Virus record (IMG/VR): IMGVR_UViG_3300009514_000888
Span: 122,299-186,298 of that record
DNA length: 64,000 bases
Direction: 5' to 3' (one strand)
Source: a virus
Positions 54,375 to 63,834 of the stretch are shown here, one piece after another. Both the position numbers and the translations under genes were made by a program. Below the pieces are notes generated by a model. That model was given only the letters and a program-made list of their open reading frames with translations, did not search any database and was not told the DNA's origin. Position 1 is the stretch's first letter, and every line of letters begins with the position of its first letter.

Positions 54375-57300
54375 ATGGCCAATCAGAATATTAACAACAT
54401 CCCAAAAGATAAGCCAAAAACTGGAGCAGTCCAGAGCGGTGTGGTTGATCTCGTTTGTTGGATCAATAGGCGGTCTCCATTTACAGAACAACAAAGCATT
54501 GACGACGCCATCATTCTGAACACAGAAACGACCAAGCACTATAAAGATAGCGTTCGTAATCATTTTGATACCGTTCCAACAGATGAGGGCATCTTTATTA
54601 AGCCGCGCATCAATTACCGCCACGTATTCATCAAGGGATTTGACCAAAGCGAATTGCGGCCAGATAAGAGCGCATTCCTGAACGGACAAGAGCCAGTCTA
54701 TAAAGATGAACAAACATTTATGATTGTCCCTAATCAGTTCCTCGACAAGGTTCTGAATCCTTCGGAATATAACACAACCAGCCCAGAATCGATCAAGGAT
54801 TGTCGCACTTCTGCGAGATGGACTTACGACTCTGTGGCTAAGAGCCAAAGCGAACGCGATATCACTGATACGCCAGAATCCGATATTCAGATGCCTTCTC
54901 AACTCGCCGGTCGTGCCTGCAATGGAGCTGGCGTGCATTGGCGATTGTTCAAGGAAAAGCCGCTGTTTCGCGGGGAGGACTTCTTTGTAGAGTTCAGGAG
55001 ACAGGCGTTCTCTCAGGACATTCCACAGCCCTCGGCAGGGGATAACATTGAGTTCAAAGATATCGCCCTGGGCAATGCCTCCCTGGATGTTCGCAGCAAG
55101 GCTCGTCGAAATATTGAGACGCCGCTCCAGATCAAGAATTTTCCTCTGAATTATGGCGTTGTTGACTACGATACGGACGGAAATGCGCAGAACCGATTAG
55201 CTTTCGATCTTGTGACTCAGCCATATTACTTGATACAGTTCGGTTATGGCTCTCCTGATCATCATTACGTGTTGATGCTAGTTGGCAATCAGCCTCCCAA
55301 AATTGTGAGGATTGAGAACGATATATCATGGCCGATATCCACCTTTAACATTCAGAATCAATTTACGGGACAATCTGGGGGACAATCATTGACTGCGGCA
55401 TCTATGATGGCCAGCGACTGGATGAGGATTACGGTTCGTAATCACCTTGGTCGTCTGGTGATCGGTTTCGAGGGGCCAGGCTACAAGACGAATCCCTGGA
55501 TCGTAGAGCGCAAGGACTTGATCGAAAAGAATGGCGTGCTGGGAAATGAGGCGAAGATCATGCTGGTAGATAATGCCTACTTACAGATTTGGGGAGGGAA
55601 TCTCAAGTCGTCGTTCTTGTTTGGACCTTTGCAATACGGAGATCAGGAGGTTGATGGGACGCACAAGGATAGCTTGACGCTGATCTTGCCAGAAAAGAAG
55701 CCAGACCCCAAGGTTGCGTCTCAGGTGGCGGGAATATCAACGGATATTTCGGCTGGTGTTTTGGCCGCGTTTGGAGGCGCAGGAGGGGCAATCGCCAGCA
55801 AAGCCCTGCAAACATCTAAATCATCTATCCAGAAGGCCGTAACCCAAAGCCCCGACCCTGACAAGTATTGTCTTTGGGAAAATGGTTCTCAATTTATACG
55901 CTTACGAGCCTCGGAATTCAAAGCAGACTCATTTGTCGAGTCGCTAACCAGGAATGCCAGAGTTCGCGGATTGCCAGGCGAGCCTTCTATCAGCAAGATC
56001 GGGGATAAAGGGCCATTTTCTGGTGATGCACAGATCATTCGAGAAGCATCTTTGGCCGGTAAACTACCAGAAGAACGCGCAGACTTTTTGTACGGGTTGC
56101 CCATCAAGCAGACGACTTCTGGCAAAGAGTCCAGGATAGAAGTGGACTTCGTAGATGTCGAAAATGACACTTCTGGCCAGTCAGTGATGTTCCGCACGAA
56201 AATATTTATGAAGGCTGGGGATCATAATTTTGAGGGTTGGACGCTCAAGAGTTGCAAAACTCCTGTTTTGCCCCTGTTTCGACTGGTGAATCGTCTGACT
56301 GAGCAGAAACCGAGATGGGAGGTAGGAGGCTTCGAGTGCAGCGAACATGTGATGCATTTCTCGGAATCTTGGTCAGCTGATGCTTATCGGAATATTGAAC
56401 ATACAGGTAATATCAAGTTCCTGTTGCATCTGGGTGCAGAATATGACAACAATAGAACTATCGATCTTTTGAGGATCAAAAACAAGGCTTTCTATATCGA
56501 AGTTTTTGCAGGGTATAGGCAGGGCGGTAATCCTGGATTGTTTGTTTCTCAGCAGACTTGCAACTATTCAGGGATACCAGGGTTCTACAAGCTGTTCACT
56601 GGCGTATGTTATGGAGGCACGTTGGAGGTGGAGGCAGGGCAAAGGTTTTTGTCCTGTCAGATACAGGACTATTCTCAGGTTCTTAAGGATCAGAGACTGT
56701 TCAATAGTCCCTTCTTCGATGGCGTTCGAGACTTTAATGCTGTTCACCATCTTCTTGAGTTGGCAGGGTTTCGATCCGTAGAAGCGGAAGACCCTGGATT
56801 TATTCTGAGGAAATGGGCACTGGATGAATCAAATACAGAAACGCACACGATAGCTGGCATTGATGGCCGAGTTAGTCGTTCGCAATTGTATGTATTGCCT
56901 GCGTCCTACGCGCGACTGTTGCAGCCGTTCTTCAAATTTGAAGATGGATCGACATTGTGGGACGGCTTGATGCAAATAGCGGAACGCGCAGGTAAGGCTT
57001 TCTATTTTGATGCGCATGGCGTGGCTCATTTGGATAGCTATTTCGACTTGGAGGTCAGGTCAATTCTTTTGGGCAAAAAAGACCCGGACCCGTTGTTTTG
57101 GTTTACAACCAATCCCGCTTTTTACAAGGGGCAGCAGGTTTTTAACAGCGTAACTGTCCAAAGAGCAGTTGGCGAGGTTCATAACCATATCAAAGTGCAA
57201 ACCAATACGCCAAACCAAGAACTGATTTTCTTGGACGATGTGAATTGGCCATCGGTGTTTAACCCTGAGGCAGAGGGCTTCCTGGGTTACCCGAAATTAT

Positions 57301-57617
57301 TCTATCAAAGGGAGGGCGTCTTTGGCGACATCGAGATGGCCAGGAAGCTGATGTTGTTTTATGCGTCGATGTATAGACCGCCGATTGCTGCCCGTTTTGA
57401 GACATATGGGCAACCGCTCCGCCCATTAGATATTATTTCGTTAGATGGTCAGCCGCTTCGTGTTTTGAAGGTGGATTCGAACATTGATCCGTCTGTTAAT
57501 GCCTGGTGGCAGCAGATTGAATGCGAATGGCTCAAGCCTGTCTCTACAGAGATTCTGGATGCGGTTGAGACAGATAAGGCGGTACAGGCAAACCCAAACA
57601 ATCAGAATAACAACTAA
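54375..57617 (+). CDS. Tail hub/Tal-like protein (1080 aa)
   Basis: C-terminal QIQDYSQVL..., AERAGKAFYFDAHGVAHL, PLRPLDIISLDGQPLRVLKVDSNI resemble gp27/Tal hub folds; position. Confidence 0.55.
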   Translation: MANQNINNIPKDKPKTGAVQSGVVDLVCWINRRSPFTEQQSIDDAIILNTETTKHYKDSVRNHFDTVPTDEGIFIKPRINYRHVFIKGFDQSELRPDKSAFLNGQEPVYKDEQTFMIVPNQFLDKVLNPSEYNTTSPESIKDCRTSARWTYDSVAKSQSERDITDTPESDIQMPSQLAGRACNGAGVHWRLFKEKPLFRGEDFFVEFRRQAFSQDIPQPSAGDNIEFKDIALGNASLDVRSKARRNIETPLQIKNFPLNYGVVDYDTDGNAQNRLAFDLVTQPYYLIQFGYGSPDHHYVLMLVGNQPPKIVRIENDISWPISTFNIQNQFTGQSGGQSLTAASMMASDWMRITVRNHLGRLVIGFEGPGYKTNPWIVERKDLIEKNGVLGNEAKIMLVDNAYLQIWGGNLKSSFLFGPLQYGDQEVDGTHKDSLTLILPEKKPDPKVASQVAGISTDISAGVLAAFGGAGGAIASKALQTSKSSIQKAVTQSPDPDKYCLWENGSQFIRLRASEFKADSFVESLTRNARVRGLPGEPSISKIGDKGPFSGDAQIIREASLAGKLPEERADFLYGLPIKQTTSGKESRIEVDFVDVENDTSGQSVMFRTKIFMKAGDHNFEGWTLKSCKTPVLPLFRLVNRLTEQKPRWEVGGFECSEHVMHFSESWSADAYRNIEHTGNIKFLLHLGAEYDNNRTIDLLRIKNKAFYIEVFAGYRQGGNPGLFVSQQTCNYSGIPGFYKLFTGVCYGGTLEVEAGQRFLSCQIQDYSQVLKDQRLFNSPFFDGVRDFNAVHHLLELAGFRSVEAEDPGFILRKWALDESNTETHTIAGIDGRVSRSQLYVLPASYARLLQPFFKFEDGSTLWDGLMQIAERAGKAFYFDAHGVAHLDSYFDLEVRSILLGKKDPDPLFWFTTNPAFYKGQQVFNSVTVQRAVGEVHNHIKVQTNTPNQELIFLDDVNWPSVFNPEAEGFLGYPKLFYQREGVFGDIEMARKLMLFYASMYRPPIAARFETYGQPLRPLDIISLDGQPLRVLKVDSNIDPSVNAWWQQIECEWLKPVSTEILDAVETDKAVQANPNNQNNN

Positions 57618-57628
57618 AGGAGAGGACG

Positions 57629-57880
57629 ATGGCAGATTATGGACAGGGAGGAGAGGCTAGGAGTTACGGCACAGTTTCAACTGTGTCGATCAATGCGGCT
57701 CGACTGGAGAGCGCAACCAAGCAAAAGATAGAGACCAGACTCTTGCGCACGAGAGACGAAGGGGCGAGTCGACGAGAAAGGAATGCAGGCGCAGGAACAC
57801 AAACTAGAAGAATGTGCGCTAACAACCTTAGCGCCTTAGCCGCCTTTGGTATAGCAGGCGGAAACAGAGTTGGTTTGTAA
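57629..57880 (+). CDS. Small hypothetical protein
   Basis: AAAGGAG SD; 83 aa. Confidence 0.55.
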   Translation: MADYGQGGEARSYGTVSTVSINAARLESATKQKIETRLLRTRDEGASRRERNAGAGTQTRRMCANNLSALAAFGIAGGNRVGL

Positions 57881-57917
57881 GGCATTTAATCCCCAATGGG
57901 GGAAGGAGGTGTAGGGA

Positions 57918-60900
57918 ATGGCCGGATCAACGCCATTCTATTAGCTAGGGGCTATCTTTCTTCGATTTCGGAGATGAGCTAGATGCCGCTCTCAATGTCC
58001 AGAGGGAAGTAGATCGATTCCTGGTCATTGATAAGCAGATATTTGGTATCTACAACATCTTCGGAAACGGCGTTATTAGCGGCTGGTCTATTTCAGATGG
58101 CGGTTTCAGCGCAGAAACCGGCATATCTATTACTATTGCCCCAGGAATAGGCATCATTCGCTTCCTGGCGGCAGAGTCGGAGTTTCCCTTCCGATTGACG
58201 GGCCTGCAACCAAACGCCACACTGAACGTCTACGCGGTCCTACAGGGGTCTACTGCCCAGGACCGTCGCGTAGACTTCACCGTCAGCGCCGTAGAGCTAA
58301 CAACGGATTCCGTGATTCGTATTGGGCAGGTGGTAACTGGCGCACAATCAGTAGCTCTTATAGATAATGAAATTAGGGACGAAATTGGCTTTAAGGAGAT
58401 CATTAAGGAAGAGATTGATAAGCATCGTCATAGGGGCACCCCCAGCAAGATCGATTTGAGGGACGAAACCAAGAACCAGTTGCCGGGGGCAAAAATTACA
58501 GATATTGATGCTTCCAAGGTCGTTTCTGGCGTCTTTGACATCGAGCAGATACCTATTTTGGATCACGATGATTTGGAATTCAACGGGCTCCTGGGGCATA
58601 TCGCCCTGGATTCATTTGTCAAGACGCTGAGCGAAAGCAACAAGCAATTGCTTGGCGAGATATCGACTGTTAACCTCTTGAAGCAACATCTATTTCTTAA
58701 AAGGAAGTTCCCTAATGTAGATCAGCACTTCATCAATGAGATTCTGTTGATTCCAGGCATCACGACAAACTCATTCATTGATTTTGAGAACTCAACAGCT
58801 CACATTGATTTGGTTAATCGTTGCATCAGCGGTATCCCCCCTAAAACCGGAGAGTTTGTATCCGTTGTCTGGGATGACCAAACTGCGTTGTTCCATGCAT
58901 TCAGCAAGACCAATGTTACTGTTGCCAATGGCAAAGTGTCTTTGAGTCGAGATACGAACGCGACAGATACGATTGAGAACTTCGAAGGCATTGCCCAGGC
59001 TGGCCAGAAAGTGCCTGGATTTGTCAAAACGACGGAGATTGTACTGGATAATGCCAAGGTGGTTGCCGAGGACGCAGACAGTCTCAAGACGGAAGGATTT
59101 TTTAGCGGCAAATTCAATTCTCAGCAGGACTTTAGGACGCTCTTTACCAAGACCTTCGATTCTGCGAGGGACTGGACTTCCTTTGACCGGCTGGAGGTAG
59201 CAGTGAAAACCTTGGCTCCCAGCCACGGATCGGTTCATGCTTATTTTGTCAATGGCACAGGCGACAGCGCTATCCAGTCGCCCAAGTTTTTACTTTTGTC
59301 GGAAAATGAAATCACTGATGATCCCGATGAGGAACTCGATGATTTCGAAGTCAAGGTCTTTGATATCTCTAATGCAGATAGAGAACAGGTGACTTCATTT
59401 GTCATTGAAACAGATGACTTGACGAGCGGTTTTGAATTCTTCATTGATAACGCTAATGTCAAGAACGTCTCCTTGTTCAGCCCGCAGGGCAGCATTAGGC
59501 TCAGGTATTCAGGCGGGTCGAATCTCACATTCCATTCGGTGTTCTTCGATGCGGACGTTTTTACTAATACGGATGTGCGAGTTCGCGTCCGCGTCGCTAA
59601 TTCCCCTGCCGGTTTATCTAGAGCTGCCTTTACGAGAGCCTTGCCATCGGGAACGATCTTTGCTCTGGATGGGACAGATGCAGAGGTTGAAGTGACTTTG
59701 CTGACTAATGAATTGACGATTACGCCTATTTTGGATTCGGTAGAGCTACGACTCCTGACGGCGACCGATGACAATGGCTTCAATATCACAGCGGCATCGG
59801 AATGGTCCAGAGGCTCCCTGAGCAATGTGACGATTGATAGCAATCCATCCCAGGATACGGCAGACCTGATAGTTACCACGCCTATCAATGTAGGCGGGAT
59901 TTACTATGCACATAAGGACAGCGTAAGCGAACTCGACAATGCCGGAGTCGGTGTTTTCGGCTTCAATGGCGCTAGGCTTCCTATCTCACCGATTCAGGCA
60001 TTGAGATGGGCAACTCGACCAGAGAAAAGATTTGATCGAGCTGTTTCTGCCATTCGTCGCAATGACAAGACTTATTTGGTTGCGGACTTGGAGAACAACC
60101 GGGTAGTTCACATGAGCAGTTCGGGAGACCTGATTAGAGGCTACGGTTCCGTGGACCTGGACGAAGATACCTTCTTCCCCATGACATCGGTGTATAGACC
60201 TGCGGATGGCATACTGTCATCCGTGTTTAGCCAGAAGGTGGAGAAAGATGATATTGACATTGAAAGGATATCGATCTTTATTGGGGCTACGGAGGTGCAG
60301 CTTAACGAGAATGATATCATTTTGACAGGCAACAAGAGCGGCAACATCGTGGACATTCAGTTGTCGGATGCCAAGATTGCTCAGCTAACAGGTTTGACCA
60401 AGAATGTCTTTGTAAATTTCAGAGTCGGCTCGTTGCCTTCCAAAATTGACTTATCAGATGATAATGCTGCGGCCCTGATGGGGCTGAGGGGCATTCAGGT
60501 GTTCATAGGAGCGTTCGAATATATAGACGGTATCAATCATCCTGTATTCGTTAGTATCCTGGATAATGGTAACTGGATCGTTTGCAACTCCAAGATTGTT
60601 CAGTCTGCAACTGGCTCAGGCATCAATGTGTCTTCCCTGTTTGAATTTGATCCTGATAGCCCCAGCACGGCGGTATTCAGTTCGGATGAAGTAACGTTCT
60701 CTGATTTCTCTTTGGGGTCTGTGTTCGAGATTACAGATGATCGCTTGGCGGTAGCTGGCGTATTCCCCACGGCTTCTGCTGTCAGCCAGGCAACCAGCGC
60801 AGATGGCGAGGAAGATGGGGGTATTGGAGAGAGGAAGATTTTTATCACTATCACGAATGACTCCGGTTCTCCCATCGATGTTGAATCGGTGACGCTGGCT

Positions 60901-61425
60901 TCTGAGGATGGCGCTTTTGGTATCAAGAGGAATGATACGAACGAATCTATTGTGGCTAGTGGCACAGAGGTGAGCCATCCTTCGACGGGGCGTTATGAGT
61001 TCGCTTTTAAGCCAGAAGAAGGGGTCACGTATACGGCTTCCTGGAGGGTGGTTGAAGTTACGGGTTCTCAGCCCACGTTCCAGGTTGAGACTGTGGGCCC
61101 ATTTTTCGCAGATGATACATCCAGCTTTAGCGATAGGGCAGCAATTGCTCTAAAGGGACATAGGGGCGTGGTTGTGGTTTTGGAAAAGAGCTCTGGAAAT
61201 GTTATTACTAGATATACGTCTCCCGATAATCTCTTCGCTTCGGACGTAGATTTGGATGCCAATGGCAACCTATTGATTGCTGAGTCCAATTTCAGAGAAA
61301 ATGGCGGGCGAGTGGTCAAGATTGATGACTTTGGCAACGTCATTTTCCAGTTCAGCAATGGCTTATTTGGCATTGTCAATGATGCCAAGGCGAGGTCTAA
61401 CGGGAACATGGTCCTAAGTCTCTAA
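57918..61425 (+). CDS. Tail fibre/baseplate-associated protein (1166 aa if repaired) with CBM-like, Ig-like and NHL-propeller segments; frame broken by a 7-nt insertion at 57942-57948
   Basis: GGAGGT SD and ATG 57918 (MAGSTPFY*); main frame open from 57949 (GLSFFDFGDELD...) with no ATG/GTG/TTG until 58195; NHL-like TYLVADLENNRVV and DLDANGNLLIAE. Confidence 0.7.
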
Positions 61426-61428
61426 TGT

Positions 61429-61441
61429 TGTCGAAGTATAG
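61429..61441 (+). promoter_or_regulatory. Candidate phage promoter motif TGTCGAAGTATAG
   Basis: Intergenic; similar to 23696 and 38313; upstream of AAGGAG SD. Confidence 0.3.
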
Positions 61442-61465
61442 AGAGGCCATACTAAGGAGATCGCT

Positions 61466-61882
61466 ATGGGCTGGATGAGGTATGTCGATGCAACTCAGCA
61501 TCTATTAGGCACAAGTATTCAGGTCAGCAATCCTTGGCCTGACGAGTCTGCCTGGGGAATTTCAACAGAGACAGTAGATAATGCTGTTTTGGCGTCGATG
61601 GTTAACGGTGTTAAATATATGAGAGATGGGGCTGGGTCCATCAGGCAAGCGACTGCCCAGGAAGTAACCGACTTTGGGGGAGCCGTTGCTGTTGTTGAGG
61701 ACGACAGGAAGAGAACAAGAGAGAAAGAAGTCATACAGAATAGCAAGACGGGGAGATTACTCAGGGCATTAGCTGAAGTTATGATGGATGAGATTAATGT
61801 TTTACGATCTCAACATGCACTTTCTGCGAGGACTTTGTCACAGGTTGTCTCAGCCATTGAAAGTAAACTGGATGCGAATTAG
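61466..61882 (+). CDS. Hypothetical protein (possible fibre assembly/chaperone)
   Basis: AAGGAG SD; 138 aa; abuts next gene. Confidence 0.6.
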   Translation: MGWMRYVDATQHLLGTSIQVSNPWPDESAWGISTETVDNAVLASMVNGVKYMRDGAGSIRQATAQEVTDFGGAVAVVEDDRKRTREKEVIQNSKTGRLLRALAEVMMDEINVLRSQHALSARTLSQVVSAIESKLDAN

Positions 61883-63184
61883 ATGGGGATGAAAGTAGGG
61901 AGATACGATACAGCTACCTCAACGGGATCGGACGCCGAGACAGGCGTAACCGATGGTTCTGCATATCCTAAATGCGTCATGATGCTGTCATCGGTTCAGC
62001 AGACAACAACAGCCTATGGGACTCTAGAGAGTTGGTTTGACTTTACTCGAGGTGTTCTGTATACGCGAAGCAATTCGCTCGTTATCAGCGAAATTGATGA
62101 GGATGGCGCAAGCGGATCAACAAACGCCGTTGGAGGCGGGGGCTTCTCTCTGAATACGGACGTTTTTAGCGCAGCATTTGATGGCGTTCCATGCCTCAAT
62201 TTGCGAGGGTTCTCGATCAATTTTTGGGATGCCAATCTAGATAGTTTTAATACTGATGGTTTTACGCTCAACGTTCAAGATGCAGATGCGACCAGCTATC
62301 GCATGCCTTGGCTGGCAATTTATGGCGATGGTGTTGTTGTGCATGTTGGCTGGTTTTCTGGCCCCACATCAGCTGCGGTTAATGTAGATGTCCCCCTGCC
62401 AGTGGTCACGACTGGCGGCATAGACGCTATTATCTTTCCAGCTACGCCGATAGCCGGTGCCAGTTTTTTCGATGATTACTTTGGTATTATTCCGATGTTT
62501 GGGGTTGCAACATCAACATCTGCAACAGATCAAGCTGTTGTTTCCCTCACCGTTGAGGATGCACAAGCTACTAGCGATACGGCTCATTTGGGAGCATCCG
62601 GCTCGGCGGTATCAGCTAGTTATCCAGTTGGGACATTGCTGCATGAGGGCGCAATAGATCAGATCAATGGCGGAGGCTTTCGTTATAACCCATCAACTGC
62701 AAATGCCACGCGCCGCATAATTCCGTTTATTGCCATAGAGGGAGTAGAGGCGCAGCTTGTTGAGTATTCATCCAATACTTCAACGGGCGATCAAGCGCTG
62801 ACAGGGGCGGGATTGTCCGGAGCGTCAGAAGCAGCTATCCTTTTTACTGCTTGCGATACCGCTGAGACTGTGGCTGCACATGCCACATATGGGCTTGGTA
62901 TGACAGACGGAACGACGCATTACGCAATTTATGCGGGAGCAGAGGACAACATATCAACCGCAACAACCAGTCGCAGCCGAGGATCGATTGAAAATGATGA
63001 ATGCTTGGTTATTTGCGACGTAGATGGAGATATGGTTAGCGAGGCATCATTTAGCAGTTTTGACTCAGACGGGATGACAATTAACTGGGGAACAAATGAC
63101 GGCAGCGCTTACAAGTTCTGGGTTCTGTATCTCAGAACTAAGTATGAAAAGAGAAAAAGACCAGGAGTCTCTTATGTTGATTAA
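61883..63184 (+). CDS. Virion fibre-like beta-rich protein with internal repeat
   Basis: Repeated LDSFNTDGFTLN / FSSFDSDGMTINW and STGSDAETGV / STGDQALTGA segments. Confidence 0.55.
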   Translation: MGMKVGRYDTATSTGSDAETGVTDGSAYPKCVMMLSSVQQTTTAYGTLESWFDFTRGVLYTRSNSLVISEIDEDGASGSTNAVGGGGFSLNTDVFSAAFDGVPCLNLRGFSINFWDANLDSFNTDGFTLNVQDADATSYRMPWLAIYGDGVVVHVGWFSGPTSAAVNVDVPLPVVTTGGIDAIIFPATPIAGASFFDDYFGIIPMFGVATSTSATDQAVVSLTVEDAQATSDTAHLGASGSAVSASYPVGTLLHEGAIDQINGGGFRYNPSTANATRRIIPFIAIEGVEAQLVEYSSNTSTGDQALTGAGLSGASEAAILFTACDTAETVAAHATYGLGMTDGTTHYAIYAGAEDNISTATTSRSRGSIENDECLVICDVDGDMVSEASFSSFDSDGMTINWGTNDGSAYKFWVLYLRTKYEKRKRPGVSYVD

Positions 63185-63195
63185 GGATATGAAGA

Positions 63196-63744
63196 ATGGC
63201 AATTTGGAAAAATGTTGCATCGCAGAAAATCGCAGTTTTTGCCTGGGATGCTTCCGCCCAATCTCCTAAAACTGGTGATGCTGCCAACATCACGGGCGAA
63301 ATCAGCAAGGACGGCGGGACTTCGGCAGCTACCAATGATGTCAACCCTACTGAATTGGAAGCCACCGATCATCCAGGCATCTATATATTCGATATGACTC
63401 AATCGGAAACAAATGCTAACTTGATAGTATTGACTGCCAATTCGTCTACAGCAAATATAGAATTTGATTCTGTTATCATTTATACGGAGATTAAGCCTTA
63501 TACAGAGGCAACAGTTAGTGATGCCGGGGCAACATCTACAGATTTTGATACCGATCTGACGGAAGCTAGCGATAATCATTATAATGGAACGGTCATGGTG
63601 TTTATAACTGGCAACTTAGCTGGGCAAGCGAGGTCCATTGGGACTTATACAGGGGCTTCCAAGAATTGCAATTTCACTGGCAATTTATGGTCAGAAGCCC
63701 CAGCAAACGGGGATGCATTTGTTCTTGTTGGACGGATCGAATAG
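63196..63744 (+). CDS. Virion structural protein (182 aa)
   Basis: ATNDVNPTELEATDHPGIYIFDMTQSETNA; DTDLTEASDNHYNG...FITGNLAGQAR...EAPANGDAF. Confidence 0.6.
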   Translation: MAIWKNVASQKIAVFAWDASAQSPKTGDAANITGEISKDGGTSAATNDVNPTELEATDHPGIYIFDMTQSETNANLIVLTANSSTANIEFDSVIIYTEIKPYTEATVSDAGATSTDFDTDLTEASDNHYNGTVMVFITGNLAGQARSIGTYTGASKNCNFTGNLWSEAPANGDAFVLVGRIE

Positions 63745-63760
63745 TAGATGTCCTGATCTC

Positions 63761-63814
63761 ATGGAAGCACCACTTAATGGAGACGCATTGGTGATAGCAG
63801 GAAGAATTACATAA
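63761..63814 (+). pseudogene. Degenerate duplicate of the 3' end of the preceding gene
   Basis: MEAPLNGDALVIAGRIT* versus SEAPANGDAFVLVGRIE*. Confidence 0.55.
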
Positions 63815-63834
63815 TCTTATAGCGCAATGAACCA

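Noticed and set aside
39472-57617. Extracellular contractile injection system, tailocin or GTA
   Set aside because: No sheath recognised; head-tail adaptors, frameshifted chaperone, long tape measure protein, PhoH and many phage-type orphans fit a genuine large phage better.
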